From: Nemertoderma westbladi
Taxonomy: Eukaryota > Animalia > Xenacoelomorpha
NCBI GenBank assembly: GCA_032718475.1
Contig: JAUCBJ010008403.1
Span: forward strand, 4,151-68,150
Direction: 5' to 3'
Length of the DNA: 64,000 bases
Part shown: one piece after another, positions 26,159-36,480 of the stretch
How positions within the stretch are numbered: the stretch's first letter is position 1
Layout of the letters: each line of letters starts with the position of its first letter
Notes under the pieces: generated by a model
The model's input: the letters and a program-made list of their open reading frames with translations, nothing else
Told to the model about the DNA's origin: nothing
Databases searched by the model: none
Position numbers and translations under genes: made by a program

Positions 26159-26492
26159 ATAACAGTTATTGACTTTATTGCAGTGAACAATAAAGTTGAA
26201 AGTACCGGTCAACCGGTAAACCTGAACCGGTACATCTGTAGGTCAGTAGGCCCAACTGCCAGAACCGGTACTTCTGTAGGTCTGTAGGCCCAACTGTCCT
26301 AACCGGTACTTCCAGTATAAGTACATTAGTATTATTTCGATTGTGATCTATTGTATATTGTAGGCTGCCAGGGGAATAGGGATTGATCACCCCTCATTCT
26401 TTTGTATAGTTTACTTATTTCTGTCAGTTTTATTTCCTAGTAAGTTAATATTGAGCTGAAGACGTGTAAGTCTGCTCAGATTGCTCAGATAA

Positions 26493-27063
26493 CTGTAGGC
26501 CGGACTGTTGTCGGATTGTTGTTGGGTTTGGAGAGATTACGGCGTGTGTAGAGTTTGTCCGATAGAGTGCCAGTTAGTAAGTTGGGGCAGCCATAGCTGT
26601 AAGGTCAATCCCCTCTTAAAGAATAAGTCGTACTACCGTGTTAGAACGCATACTAACTAACCATTTTGGAATCTGCATATACTGTAGTTTATTTAGGCTT
26701 GATCGTAGTCTGCCAGCGTTTTAGCCTGTGTTTGTTTGTGTGATCTGTTCAGGTACCGTAATAGTTATTACTCAGATATTTTGTAGGCTGGATTGTTGTC
26801 TAGCTATTATTAGGTCTGAAGAGATTGCTGCGTGTGTAGAGTTTGTCTGATAAAGTGCTGTTAGTAAGTTGGGGCAGCCATAGCTGTAAGGTCAATCCCC
26901 TCTTAAAGAATAAGTCGTACTACCGTGTTAGAACGCATACTAACTAACCATTTCAGAATCTACACGTACAGTAGTTTATTTAGGCTTGGTGGTAGTCTGC
27001 CAGCGTTTTGGTTTGTATTTGTTTGAGTATTCTGTACGGGTAGCGTAATATTTATTATTCAGA
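26493..27063 (+). repeat. ~288-bp tandem duplication in the leader of B
   Basis: CGTGTGTAGAGTTTGTC...ACTAACTAACCATT begins at 26543 and again at 26831; homologous duplication in C at ~57368-57945. Confidence 0.85.
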
Positions 27064-28362
27064 GTTTATGCGATTATTCGTAACATTCATGTCCCCAAGT
27101 TTATTCCTACAGTAATTGTGCTTGTTATACATACCGTTATAGTTAAATTAACCCCGGTACTACACGGGCTGCTTGGCGTAGGAAAAGACTGGTGACTTTG
27201 TGCTTCGGTCACTCCAGCAGATGCCGTGGTTCTTTTAACTGTTCAAGTATATTTAACTACTGATTATTTGTTGTGCCAGTACTTGTACCTAATTTAGGGT
27301 TTAGTGTACAGTGCTTTCCGAAAGTAATTAGTGTGTAGGCAGTATATTTGTGTTGTAAAGTGGTTAATAGGCACGCTGGATCTGGTAGTCCGCGGTAATT
27401 AACTTCTAGGTAGGAACACTCCGTGATATATAACGTAGTACCTATAGCGATACGGCTATAGGTCGTCAGGCGGTGGTATTTTCCTATCTGGACAGTGCAA
27501 TATATTTACTACTACTTATTATTTTCAAATACCGTAGTATCCTGTCCGTTTGTAATAACTAGAATTCTAACCCTTTGTTAGGCTGGTTTGTAGACTTCCT
27601 GTAAAATTACCCTAAAAAATTTCGTACGTAATATTTTTGTTATGTTTTAATTAGAGAATTAATCTCACCCGTATCGTAAGTAATTTGTAGTATTAAGTAA
27701 CTTAGGTAAATTAGAATTATCAGTTTTTAGTGTCCAATAAATAGCACTTCACTGAGAGCGCACAGCTTCTGTGTAGTGACTTCCCCCAGAAATAATAACA
27801 TTTATTTCAAATATTGACAAAACCCCTTTTTAAACGGGTATATATCTATTATAAATCAACTCAAACGATTTATAAATAGTAGGCCTGCCATACAACAACT
27901 AGGTCTCAATATCAGTTGGACTACTGCTTAAATAGCAGTAATAAAGTAAGTTAAAGTAACCAAGTAACCCTAAAATATTCAGAAATTCAATTATTCTAAA
28001 ATAATTGACATACCGGTATTTACCATAGGTTTATTATATTTATTTCTATAAATTTGAGCTACAATCATACCGGTATTCTGTAATTAATTCTAGTTCATAA
28101 TTATACTTATATATACTATAAGTGTAAGCTGTATACCGGTATTCACGATAGGCCTATTATATATTTATATATATTTGTGCTAAATTTATATACCGGTACT
28201 CTGTGGCAAAACTAGTTTACAATACTTATATATATTATAAGTACATACCGGTATTCTAATATACTGTAATAAATTAACGGTACTAGGCCAACGGTTATAC
28301 TGAATTACTAGACTTGCTTTAACTGAAACTATAGCAGTAGACATTCAACTGTATAGCTAAAC

Positions 28363-31300
28363 ATGTCTGACACTCAGCAAAACCTGTCAGACAGTCTAAT
28401 CGATACAACCATCTGTGACACAGATAGGAGTGGGGAGCGATTAAGAAAGGAGTTCAGTTCACCTCCTACTGCAAGAAAGGTCATCCCTCCAGTAGTATCA
28501 GACCCTAGGCTAATCCACCATAGGTCCATCATAGGCACTCGGGCCCAGGTCAAACGGAACCAAGAGGCAGCTGTCCTATCGCAGCAACATCTTGGTCAAG
28601 AACCTAGTTCCCAGCGACCCGATAGCTCCAGTAGTTCGGATACTGTAGAGCTGACCCCCGAACGCGGAGTGCAGATGGCGGCTACAGCCTACTCGGACCC
28701 CCTTCTCACCCTTCCTGCCGCAGTGCTAACTACTATATTCATTGCGGTGGAGGAACACCAAGTCGATCGGGCGAGAAGTAAGCGAGCGACCCAAGATAGT
28801 TATGCGGGATACGCCAGGGAAGAATTGATGTCTATTGTCGAGTCACAATGGAACTTTCCCGGACCCGGACTCCCGTTAGATTTGTCCGAAGCTACTTGGG
28901 AAGACATACATAGGATGGGAGTGACTAAAGATACGATGGATCCAGCTGTTTGGAAGAGGTCGGCAGCAGGATATGTGCAGGGATTCTTCGGCTCCTTAGA
29001 GCGATTAGAAGAACAACTGTTTCGACAACCCCAAGGACCTCAAGAGCAGGAAGAGCTGCTTTATCAAGTACGCGAAAGAACCCTACGCATTAGACTAATC
29101 CTATCAGCCTTTGAGGAAACTTCTAAAAGAAGACAGGACATGTCGCTGCAAGTTGCTGTCAAGACTTGGTTCCAGCGGGTAGGTCTCAAAGTTCAGGAAA
29201 CGGCCCAGTGGAAATCCCAGCTGGCTGAGAGACCAACCTATGAAGAACCAACCGATGCCACCCTTTCTAAAGCGGAAAGCGAAGTGACAGCAGAGAGACC
29301 GCGAACTAGAGACGCTATCGACATTTATCTGTCCGACTATCAGCGATTCCTAGGAGACGAAGAGTTGAGGAGACGGCTGTCTGGACTTTCCCCTAATAGT
29401 GAAGGAACCAAGCTTGTGTTGGACTCAATCGATGCGGAAATGTTAGCTGCAAACCAAGCTGAATTTGATGAAAAACTCCGCCTCGCTAGAGTCCGAGAAG
29501 AACAAGTAAAGAAAAAACGGATAGAGGAAAGAAAGGCAGCAGCAGTAATGGCGGCAGAAGCAGAAGCAGAAAGAAAGGAAGCAGAAGCAGAAAGAAAAGC
29601 AGCGGCGGCAGAAGCAGAAGCAGAAAGAAAAGCAGCGGCGGCAGAAGCAGAAGCAGAAAGAAAAGCAGCAGTGGCAGAAGCAGAACGGAGAGCGTCTGAG
29701 GAGACTATCCAACTGGAGTTGGAAAATCTGCAAGAGACGCAAGACAACATAAATAAACAGTTAACTGCTAGTCAAATGCAGATGATGAGAAAATCTACTC
29801 CCAAGCGCCAGGGATACACATCCTCGGAGGAAGGCGAGACCACAGATCCTGAAGGCGGAGGAAATAGATCTTGTCTAAGCAGGCGTAGAAAAACATCTCA
29901 CCGTCACAAATTGCCTGATTTGCCCCCAGCTGTTAGAAGACAGTTAGCTAGCACAGACTTAGGTAGTACGGAACCCGCATACCAAACTATTCAGGTCAAA
30001 AGACTCCCTACAATAGTTGATGAGCCTGAAATAATTAGGCCTGTCGTTCCCAAAGTCACTTCTGTGTTAGAGACCCCTGTACTTCCAGAGCTTAACTCTA
30101 AATTCCCTTTACATAGTACTACACTGCCTGTACCCGGTAGAACAGTCCAAGAGAATATCCCTGTCCTGATAGCAGAGAGAGAAATCAAAGATTTGTCTCC
30201 CGTCGTCCAGCGTCGGCCCGCTACAATGTTGGCGACTCCCGCTTCGGCGGTCGAGTGGGTAGAGGAGGGACGGCGGGGGATGAACCTCCTGCTCGGACAG
30301 ATGCAGGAGACTGTCCACCAACTTAAGGGAACAGTAAGGGAAGGTAGGGCAGAGTTGCAAGAAGTGCAGCAAAGTATCGCACTGGAACGCGACAAGTTAG
30401 TCAATATACAAAAAGGGATACCAATACCCCCTGTAAAATTGTGTCAACCTGTTAGGTCTGAAGTATTACATGCGCAAGGTGTGGAGCCTACACGCATCTA
30501 TACTGCTAGTGAAGTAGAAACTCCTATAGCAAACCCTATTAAGGGTGATTATAGACCTGTTGTTAATGATGTTCCTTATAGACCTGACAATGATCCGAGA
30601 AATTTATATACCGATAATTCGATATTAAATAACACGATGGCCCAAGAAAGCTTTACGCGTCAGATGGCTAGAACAGAAGCCCGCCAAGCGGTCAAAGTGG
30701 GAGAGATCGTCAAATTCAATGGAGATGAGATGAAATGGTTACCTTTCAACGAATATTACAAAGATAGCATACAAAACTCTGTACTATCTAACGGAGAGAA
30801 ACTTAGGTTCCTCATCAAGTGCTTGGAAGGACCTCCCAGGTTAATGGCGTTAAAGTTTATTGGACATCCAGAAGGATTAAGACAAGTATGGGATACATTA
30901 AACATCAGGTATGGTAACAAGGATAACATAGCTAAGTATTTGTATGCAAAATTAGTAGCCCCCCGGCACTTCCTTAGTAGCGGGATTATAGAGTTTTCCG
31001 ATGAGATTCAAGATATCTGTAGACAATTGGACTGGTTAGGTAAGTCTCATGAATATCAGAGTTCCATGGTTATTGGAGCCATAGTCTCTACTTTACCAAA
31101 GGGTGGAGTATGTACACGCTGGGACAAGAAAGTGTTGTACATGAATGAACAACAACGACGAAGTCCTACCATGGCTGATCTCATGTCCTTCTTAGATGGT
31201 GAAGTAAAACTACAACTCATCAAGCAGTCCAGAGAGAAAACATCGGAAAATAAGGTAAGTGAGAAACCCGCTTCTAGGAGAAGAGTAACACCGGTGTGTT

Positions 31301-34300
31301 ACACTGACGACGGCGAAAGCCAAGCTTCTCAAGAAGAGGACAGCGGGAAAGACACTGAGAGATCTTACTACGTTGAAAAAACCTCAAAAGATGTAAGTAA
31401 ATACAAGGCTCGAAACAACGATAGGAGAGAACAGGTTGCCAAGACCCCTCCTCAGTCTCCTAACAGAATGCACCGAAGAAAACCCGAAGAAAAAACGAGA
31501 GTGCATCAAGTTACCCAAGGTAAAGTGAGTAACATAAAACCTAACTGTGCGCTGTGCGACAGGACCCACCGTTTGAGTGCGTGTGCTGAATTTCTAAAGA
31601 AATCCCTTGTAGACAGACGTGCAGTCGTGTGGGACAAGCGGTTATGTTATAATTGCCTCAGACCAGGACACCAACGGCGAACCTGTTACTCCGACATAAA
31701 GTGTGCAAAGTGTGGCGCGAAACATCATATCTTGTTACACAGTGAGTTCGATCGAGACAAACTGAGTCAGGTAAGTGAGCCCGAACTACATGTCCAATTC
31801 AGTGATGTAAACGACACTGATCAAGAATCTGAGATGGAAGGATTCTATACTGACGAATTCTCCGACGCCAACGAATCCTGTTATCTAATCAATACCGCAG
31901 TGTATCGAGCACTTACTTATGAAAAGGACACCAACGATGAGTTTCCCCCAACTAACTTTGACAGACAACCATCCTGGAAACCTTCAACTTCCAACGTAGG
32001 AATCAGAGAATTTCCTGTAGTGCAGGTAAGAGTTCAGGGTCCTAACAAAAGTTACATAGTGAACGCCCTCCTTGACTCCGGCAGCACAGGAACATTCATC
32101 GATCAAGAACTAGCCGAAGATATCTTTGCTGGACAACCCAAATTCCGGACTAAATTGAATATGTCAGGAATTATGCAGGTTTGGAAATCTACCCTAACGG
32201 CAGATTACTATGTAGGTGTGTTGTCCACCCCCCAGGATAAGTTAGGAGCACAAGGTATAAGGTCGGTAAAAATGGTGGCTATAAAGAACTTCGCTACTAC
32301 TCAAGCAGACCTTTATAATTGGGACGAGGATGAGAGCATCCAACATCTTAAAATACCTCGATTTCAGACAGATTATCCTGGAGTGCAAATACTCATCGGC
32401 CAAAACGCGCACGAGGCGCTCAAGACATTGGAGAAACGGCCTGCTCAACCACAGCCACTGCAAACCTATGCGGTAAGAACTAGAGTAGGTTGGTACTTTA
32501 CTGGCCCTTCCCGCAGGACTCTCGAAGAGAGAATGCCACACGAACAAATATATCAAGTAAACGATTGGGAAGTGGAAAGCAGTGAGGTGGACGAACTAAC
32601 TGAGGGAACAACATACTCCTCAGATAATGACGACATCTACCAACTCTTCGATGAAGAGAACACAATTGACCTACTTACAGAAAACCAAACTTGGAAAAAT
32701 CAGGTGAACCTATGTCAACTGATTCGCCCATCGGAACCCATTGCTTACAATGACGAACTAAACGATGAGATAGAGCGCTACAACGCTAGAACTCGGGACG
32801 AACTAGCCGTAAGATTCTTTACTCAAGAACTGGTAGAGCCCAATTCATACGATAAGGCTCTATCGATAGAAGAAGAAAGAGCCAAGCAAATCCAGGAAAC
32901 AACTACACGTTTTTTAAAGGAGCAAGGTAGGTATGAAATCGGCCTACCATTCCGAAAACGAGAACCTAGATTTATAAATAACAGACCCTTGGCAGAGAAA
33001 AGAATCGCTCAATTACATCGACGCCTTACAGCTAATGCTTCAGCTAAAGAAATGTACCAAACTCAGCTGAAGAAATTTATAACAAAGGGATACGCGGAGC
33101 GAGTACCGGAAGGAACACCAGTGACTGAGAGAACGTATTACTTAACCCATCATTACGTTCCCAAACCCGGTAAACCCCAAGAAGTACGAGTTGTATTCGA
33201 TGGCTCCGCCCTATATATGGGCCAATCCCTCAATTCCGAGTTGTTACCAGGACCCAACTTACTCCAATCCTTGTTGGGAATACTTTTAAGATTAAGACAA
33301 TATTCCATCGCGTTCGCCTCCGATATAGAAGGAATGTTCTTACAAGTCAAGGCGCTGGATAGAGATAGAGACAGCCTGAGATTTCTGTGGTGGCCTGAAG
33401 GAGACCTCAACCAGAAACCGGTGGAGTACTGGATGACCATCCAGGCTTTTGGGATCATATCTAGCCCTTCCAACGCCTGCTCCGTGGTGCGAACCACTGC
33501 GAATGACAACCGAGACGCCTTCTCCAAAGAGGTGATAGACAACATCAAACGTAATATATACATGGACGATAATTTAAGGTCCCTTCCATCAGTAGAAGAA
33601 GCCATTGATGTTGCGAAAGGAACGGTAGAGTGTTTGAAAAGAGGTGGATTTCGACTGACGAAATTCACCAGCAACTCCCGTGAGTTTCTGGAAGCGATAC
33701 CGGTAGAAGACCGAGGAGCGAAAGACCTAGACTTAATAAAGGATGATCTTCCAGAAACCAAGACGCTTGGCTTGAAGTGGGACACTGAAAGAGATATCCT
33801 GTTTTTTCAGCTCAAACAGCGAGATAATCCAGTTCGGACCAAACGGATTTGTTTAAGTATCCTGAGCACTTATTTTGACCCATTGGGATTTATTAGCCCA
33901 GTTATATTGATTGCTCGGAGTTTAGTACAACAAATGTGGCTTGAAAACCACTCATGGGACGATCCGCTTAAGGGAGAACTGTTAAAGAAATGGATGAAAT
34001 GGGAAGATTCTCTACCTGCCATCGAGAACTTTATAATTTCCCGTGCATATTTTGGACATGTTCTTCCGACGTATTCCTATCAACTCCATGTGTTTGGAGA
34101 CGCCAGCGACATGGGAATAGGTATAGTAGCATATCTGCGAGTCGAAACTCCGGATGGAATCAAAGTCGCCTTGGTTACCTCTAAGGCATTGATTAACAAC
34201 AAATTAAAGGTTCCTCGAGCGGAGTTAAAGGCGGCTTTATACGCTACAGCCATCGGCCGGAACGTAACAGAACAAATCGACTATCCACTGGAGAAAACGT

Positions 34301-36480
34301 TTTACTGGACCGACGCTTTACTCGTGTTGGAGTATCTAACCAATGAAGTCTGTCAGTTCAGCGTTTTTGTTACTAACAGGGTAGCTATTATTCTTAGTCG
34401 CACAACGATAGATCAATGGAGACATTGCCCTGGTACGATTAATCCAGCCGATATCGCCTCCAGGGGAGCAACTCCACAGGAACTGATAGATACTCCAGAC
34501 TGGTTGGGTGGACCCGACTTCCTGAGCAAGGAAGAGGATGAATGGCCTCCTCACCTTACTACGGCTGAGATTAGACAAGCCAAGGGAGCGGAGACAGTTA
34601 AACCTAAAACCCGGGCGAGTAAATCGAAGTTATTTAAACCGACTATCGATCTATCTGTATTACATGCTTCCGGAAACGATGCTTCGGATTCACAATCCCT
34701 CGCCACAAATAAGTCTGTTGTGGAAATTAGAGATAGAGATTGGAAATCTGGAATACCAGACGTCTCGCAAAGAATCTCACCCATGCTGCAGAGAGCAATG
34801 CATCACTACAGTTCCTGGAATCGGCTCTGTAAAGCCGTCACATATTTAAGGAGATGTTTTCATCATCACTACTCCAGGACGAAGACCATTAGTGATACCG
34901 CTCCATTGACATCTGCGCAAGTTCATGTTATTAAAAATTTACCCAAATATAAGACATCTGACCGTTTTCTAAAGGAGAAAATTAGTCACCAGGAGCATGA
35001 AGAAACAAATAAGCAGATACTGAGACTCCTGCAATGCTATGAGGATTCCGATAAGTATTTCCTGTTGTTGAGAAATCCGCAGATGCGCTTAAGGGATCGA
35101 TTCTCGAGCACAATGATAGATGGGTTAATACGTGTTGGAGGAAGGCTCACCAATGCGCCATTATCCTTTGACACTAAATTCCCCATACTCATTAGAAATC
35201 TTGAAGTACAAATCAAGATGATTGTAGATGTTCACAGCAAACTTTATCATGCTGGTAGAGAACGAGTTCTTAGCGAAATTCGAACTCGCTATTATTTTGA
35301 TAAACCCCGTAGAGCTCTGAACCAAGTTCTTAGGAACTGCATACCCTGTAGGAAAGCATTCAGTAGGCCTTTAACACAGCGAGAGGCAGAATTACCTAGG
35401 GAACGAGTAAGCTTTTATGAACCACCTTTTACTAATACTGGTGTAGATTTATTTGGCCCTATTGAAGTATATCGTGCTAGGACTATAGTCAAGAGATGGT
35501 GTGTCATCTTCGTGTGCATGACTTGCAGAGCCATCCATCTCGATATGGTGAACGATCTATCTACCAACAGCTTCGTCTTAAGTTTACGACGACAGATCGC
35601 TCGCTTCGGGACGAGTAATACCATGAGATCGGATAAGGGAACGAACTTCATAGGTGCCAACAACGAAATACAGGCTTACGTGAAGGACTGGAACCAAAGA
35701 CAGGTGGACGACCAGCTAAGGATAACAGCGTCTAGCTGGACCTTCAACGCCGCCGACGCCCCTTGGTGGGGAGGAAGTTGGGAGAGATTAATTCGAAGTG
35801 TCAAAACCGCATTTCACTTTATAGTGCCATGCCGCGCGTATCTCACCGACGAACTTTTGCGGACGTTAATGGAGGAAATAGCTGCCTATCTCAACGAGAG
35901 ACCGCTTATGCCAGTCTCATCGAGTCCCGATTCCCTGGAAGCGCTAACACCCGCGCACTTCCTACTGAAGAAACCTGTAGCCATGCTCCCACGATCGGAG
36001 ATTGCCGACGGAGACGAATACTGCCGTCGAACTTGGAAACTTATGCAGTTGCTATCCCGTCGTTTCGCTGACCATTTCGAGAAACATTATCTGCCCACGC
36101 TACAACTTCGAACTAAGTGGTTTGCGCAGCAAGAAAACGTCAGCGCCGGAGATATGGTGCTTATTGTAGATCCAGACCTCCCATGTAAACGGTGGCAGAC
36201 AGGTCGTATCATCGAGACCCACATCTCGGATGATGGTTTAGTACGCTCGGTAGCTCATATCTCGAGCGATGGTTTGGTGCGATCAGTAGAACTCGTCGTC
36301 ATGCGGCGTAACTTTAAGAAACCAGGGATAGTCTTTGAGACGCAACAGCTCAACCGCCCAGTTGGTCGTTTATGTTTACTGGAAAGAGACAGAGAACTCT
36401 CCGGAAACTATGGAAGGCAAGACACTCTTCCCACGACCACCTTCCTAATTCCTCAAACATCTAGGGACTCCCCAACGTGA
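28363..36480 (+). CDS. Intact BEL/Pao gag-pol polyprotein, 2705 aa
   Basis: KFNGDEMKW...EKLRFLIKCLEG (DUF1759-like); CALCDRTHRLSAC / CYNCLRPGHQRRTC / CAKCGAKHHILLH; LLDSGS; VRVVFDGS; YMDD; YFDPLG; HVFGDAS; HHCC; DLFGP; SDKGTNF; GGSWERLI. Confidence 0.97.
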   Translation: MSDTQQNLSDSLIDTTICDTDRSGERLRKEFSSPPTARKVIPPVVSDPRLIHHRSIIGTRAQVKRNQEAAVLSQQHLGQEPSSQRPDSSSSSDTVELTPERGVQMAATAYSDPLLTLPAAVLTTIFIAVEEHQVDRARSKRATQDSYAGYAREELMSIVESQWNFPGPGLPLDLSEATWEDIHRMGVTKDTMDPAVWKRSAAGYVQGFFGSLERLEEQLFRQPQGPQEQEELLYQVRERTLRIRLILSAFEETSKRRQDMSLQVAVKTWFQRVGLKVQETAQWKSQLAERPTYEEPTDATLSKAESEVTAERPRTRDAIDIYLSDYQRFLGDEELRRRLSGLSPNSEGTKLVLDSIDAEMLAANQAEFDEKLRLARVREEQVKKKRIEERKAAAVMAAEAEAERKEAEAERKAAAAEAEAERKAAAAEAEAERKAAVAEAERRASEETIQLELENLQETQDNINKQLTASQMQMMRKSTPKRQGYTSSEEGETTDPEGGGNRSCLSRRRKTSHRHKLPDLPPAVRRQLASTDLGSTEPAYQTIQVKRLPTIVDEPEIIRPVVPKVTSVLETPVLPELNSKFPLHSTTLPVPGRTVQENIPVLIAEREIKDLSPVVQRRPATMLATPASAVEWVEEGRRGMNLLLGQMQETVHQLKGTVREGRAELQEVQQSIALERDKLVNIQKGIPIPPVKLCQPVRSEVLHAQGVEPTRIYTASEVETPIANPIKGDYRPVVNDVPYRPDNDPRNLYTDNSILNNTMAQESFTRQMARTEARQAVKVGEIVKFNGDEMKWLPFNEYYKDSIQNSVLSNGEKLRFLIKCLEGPPRLMALKFIGHPEGLRQVWDTLNIRYGNKDNIAKYLYAKLVAPRHFLSSGIIEFSDEIQDICRQLDWLGKSHEYQSSMVIGAIVSTLPKGGVCTRWDKKVLYMNEQQRRSPTMADLMSFLDGEVKLQLIKQSREKTSENKVSEKPASRRRVTPVCYTDDGESQASQEEDSGKDTERSYYVEKTSKDVSKYKARNNDRREQVAKTPPQSPNRMHRRKPEEKTRVHQVTQGKVSNIKPNCALCDRTHRLSACAEFLKKSLVDRRAVVWDKRLCYNCLRPGHQRRTCYSDIKCAKCGAKHHILLHSEFDRDKLSQVSEPELHVQFSDVNDTDQESEMEGFYTDEFSDANESCYLINTAVYRALTYEKDTNDEFPPTNFDRQPSWKPSTSNVGIREFPVVQVRVQGPNKSYIVNALLDSGSTGTFIDQELAEDIFAGQPKFRTKLNMSGIMQVWKSTLTADYYVGVLSTPQDKLGAQGIRSVKMVAIKNFATTQADLYNWDEDESIQHLKIPRFQTDYPGVQILIGQNAHEALKTLEKRPAQPQPLQTYAVRTRVGWYFTGPSRRTLEERMPHEQIYQVNDWEVESSEVDELTEGTTYSSDNDDIYQLFDEENTIDLLTENQTWKNQVNLCQLIRPSEPIAYNDELNDEIERYNARTRDELAVRFFTQELVEPNSYDKALSIEEERAKQIQETTTRFLKEQGRYEIGLPFRKREPRFINNRPLAEKRIAQLHRRLTANASAKEMYQTQLKKFITKGYAERVPEGTPVTERTYYLTHHYVPKPGKPQEVRVVFDGSALYMGQSLNSELLPGPNLLQSLLGILLRLRQYSIAFASDIEGMFLQVKALDRDRDSLRFLWWPEGDLNQKPVEYWMTIQAFGIISSPSNACSVVRTTANDNRDAFSKEVIDNIKRNIYMDDNLRSLPSVEEAIDVAKGTVECLKRGGFRLTKFTSNSREFLEAIPVEDRGAKDLDLIKDDLPETKTLGLKWDTERDILFFQLKQRDNPVRTKRICLSILSTYFDPLGFISPVILIARSLVQQMWLENHSWDDPLKGELLKKWMKWEDSLPAIENFIISRAYFGHVLPTYSYQLHVFGDASDMGIGIVAYLRVETPDGIKVALVTSKALINNKLKVPRAELKAALYATAIGRNVTEQIDYPLEKTFYWTDALLVLEYLTNEVCQFSVFVTNRVAIILSRTTIDQWRHCPGTINPADIASRGATPQELIDTPDWLGGPDFLSKEEDEWPPHLTTAEIRQAKGAETVKPKTRASKSKLFKPTIDLSVLHASGNDASDSQSLATNKSVVEIRDRDWKSGIPDVSQRISPMLQRAMHHYSSWNRLCKAVTYLRRCFHHHYSRTKTISDTAPLTSAQVHVIKNLPKYKTSDRFLKEKISHQEHEETNKQILRLLQCYEDSDKYFLLLRNPQMRLRDRFSSTMIDGLIRVGGRLTNAPLSFDTKFPILIRNLEVQIKMIVDVHSKLYHAGRERVLSEIRTRYYFDKPRRALNQVLRNCIPCRKAFSRPLTQREAELPRERVSFYEPPFTNTGVDLFGPIEVYRARTIVKRWCVIFVCMTCRAIHLDMVNDLSTNSFVLSLRRQIARFGTSNTMRSDKGTNFIGANNEIQAYVKDWNQRQVDDQLRITASSWTFNAADAPWWGGSWERLIRSVKTAFHFIVPCRAYLTDELLRTLMEEIAAYLNERPLMPVSSSPDSLEALTPAHFLLKKPVAMLPRSEIADGDEYCRRTWKLMQLLSRRFADHFEKHYLPTLQLRTKWFAQQENVSAGDMVLIVDPDLPCKRWQTGRIIETHISDDGLVRSVAHISSDGLVRSVELVVMRRNFKKPGIVFETQQLNRPVGRLCLLERDRELSGNYGRQDTLPTTTFLIPQTSRDSPT

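Noticed and set aside
26450-26830. CTGAAGA motifs as hammerhead cores in the B leader
   Set aside because: No matching GAAA box or stems found, and not conserved in C.
28010-28254. CRISPR-like spaced repeats
   Set aside because: Repeat is only ~10 bp, spacers are related to each other, there are no cas genes, and the context is a eukaryotic retrotransposon leader.
33153-33785. Antisense ORFs of ~200 aa over RT in A, B and C
   Set aside because: Shadow frames of conserved pol codons; start points differ and there is no independent motif.
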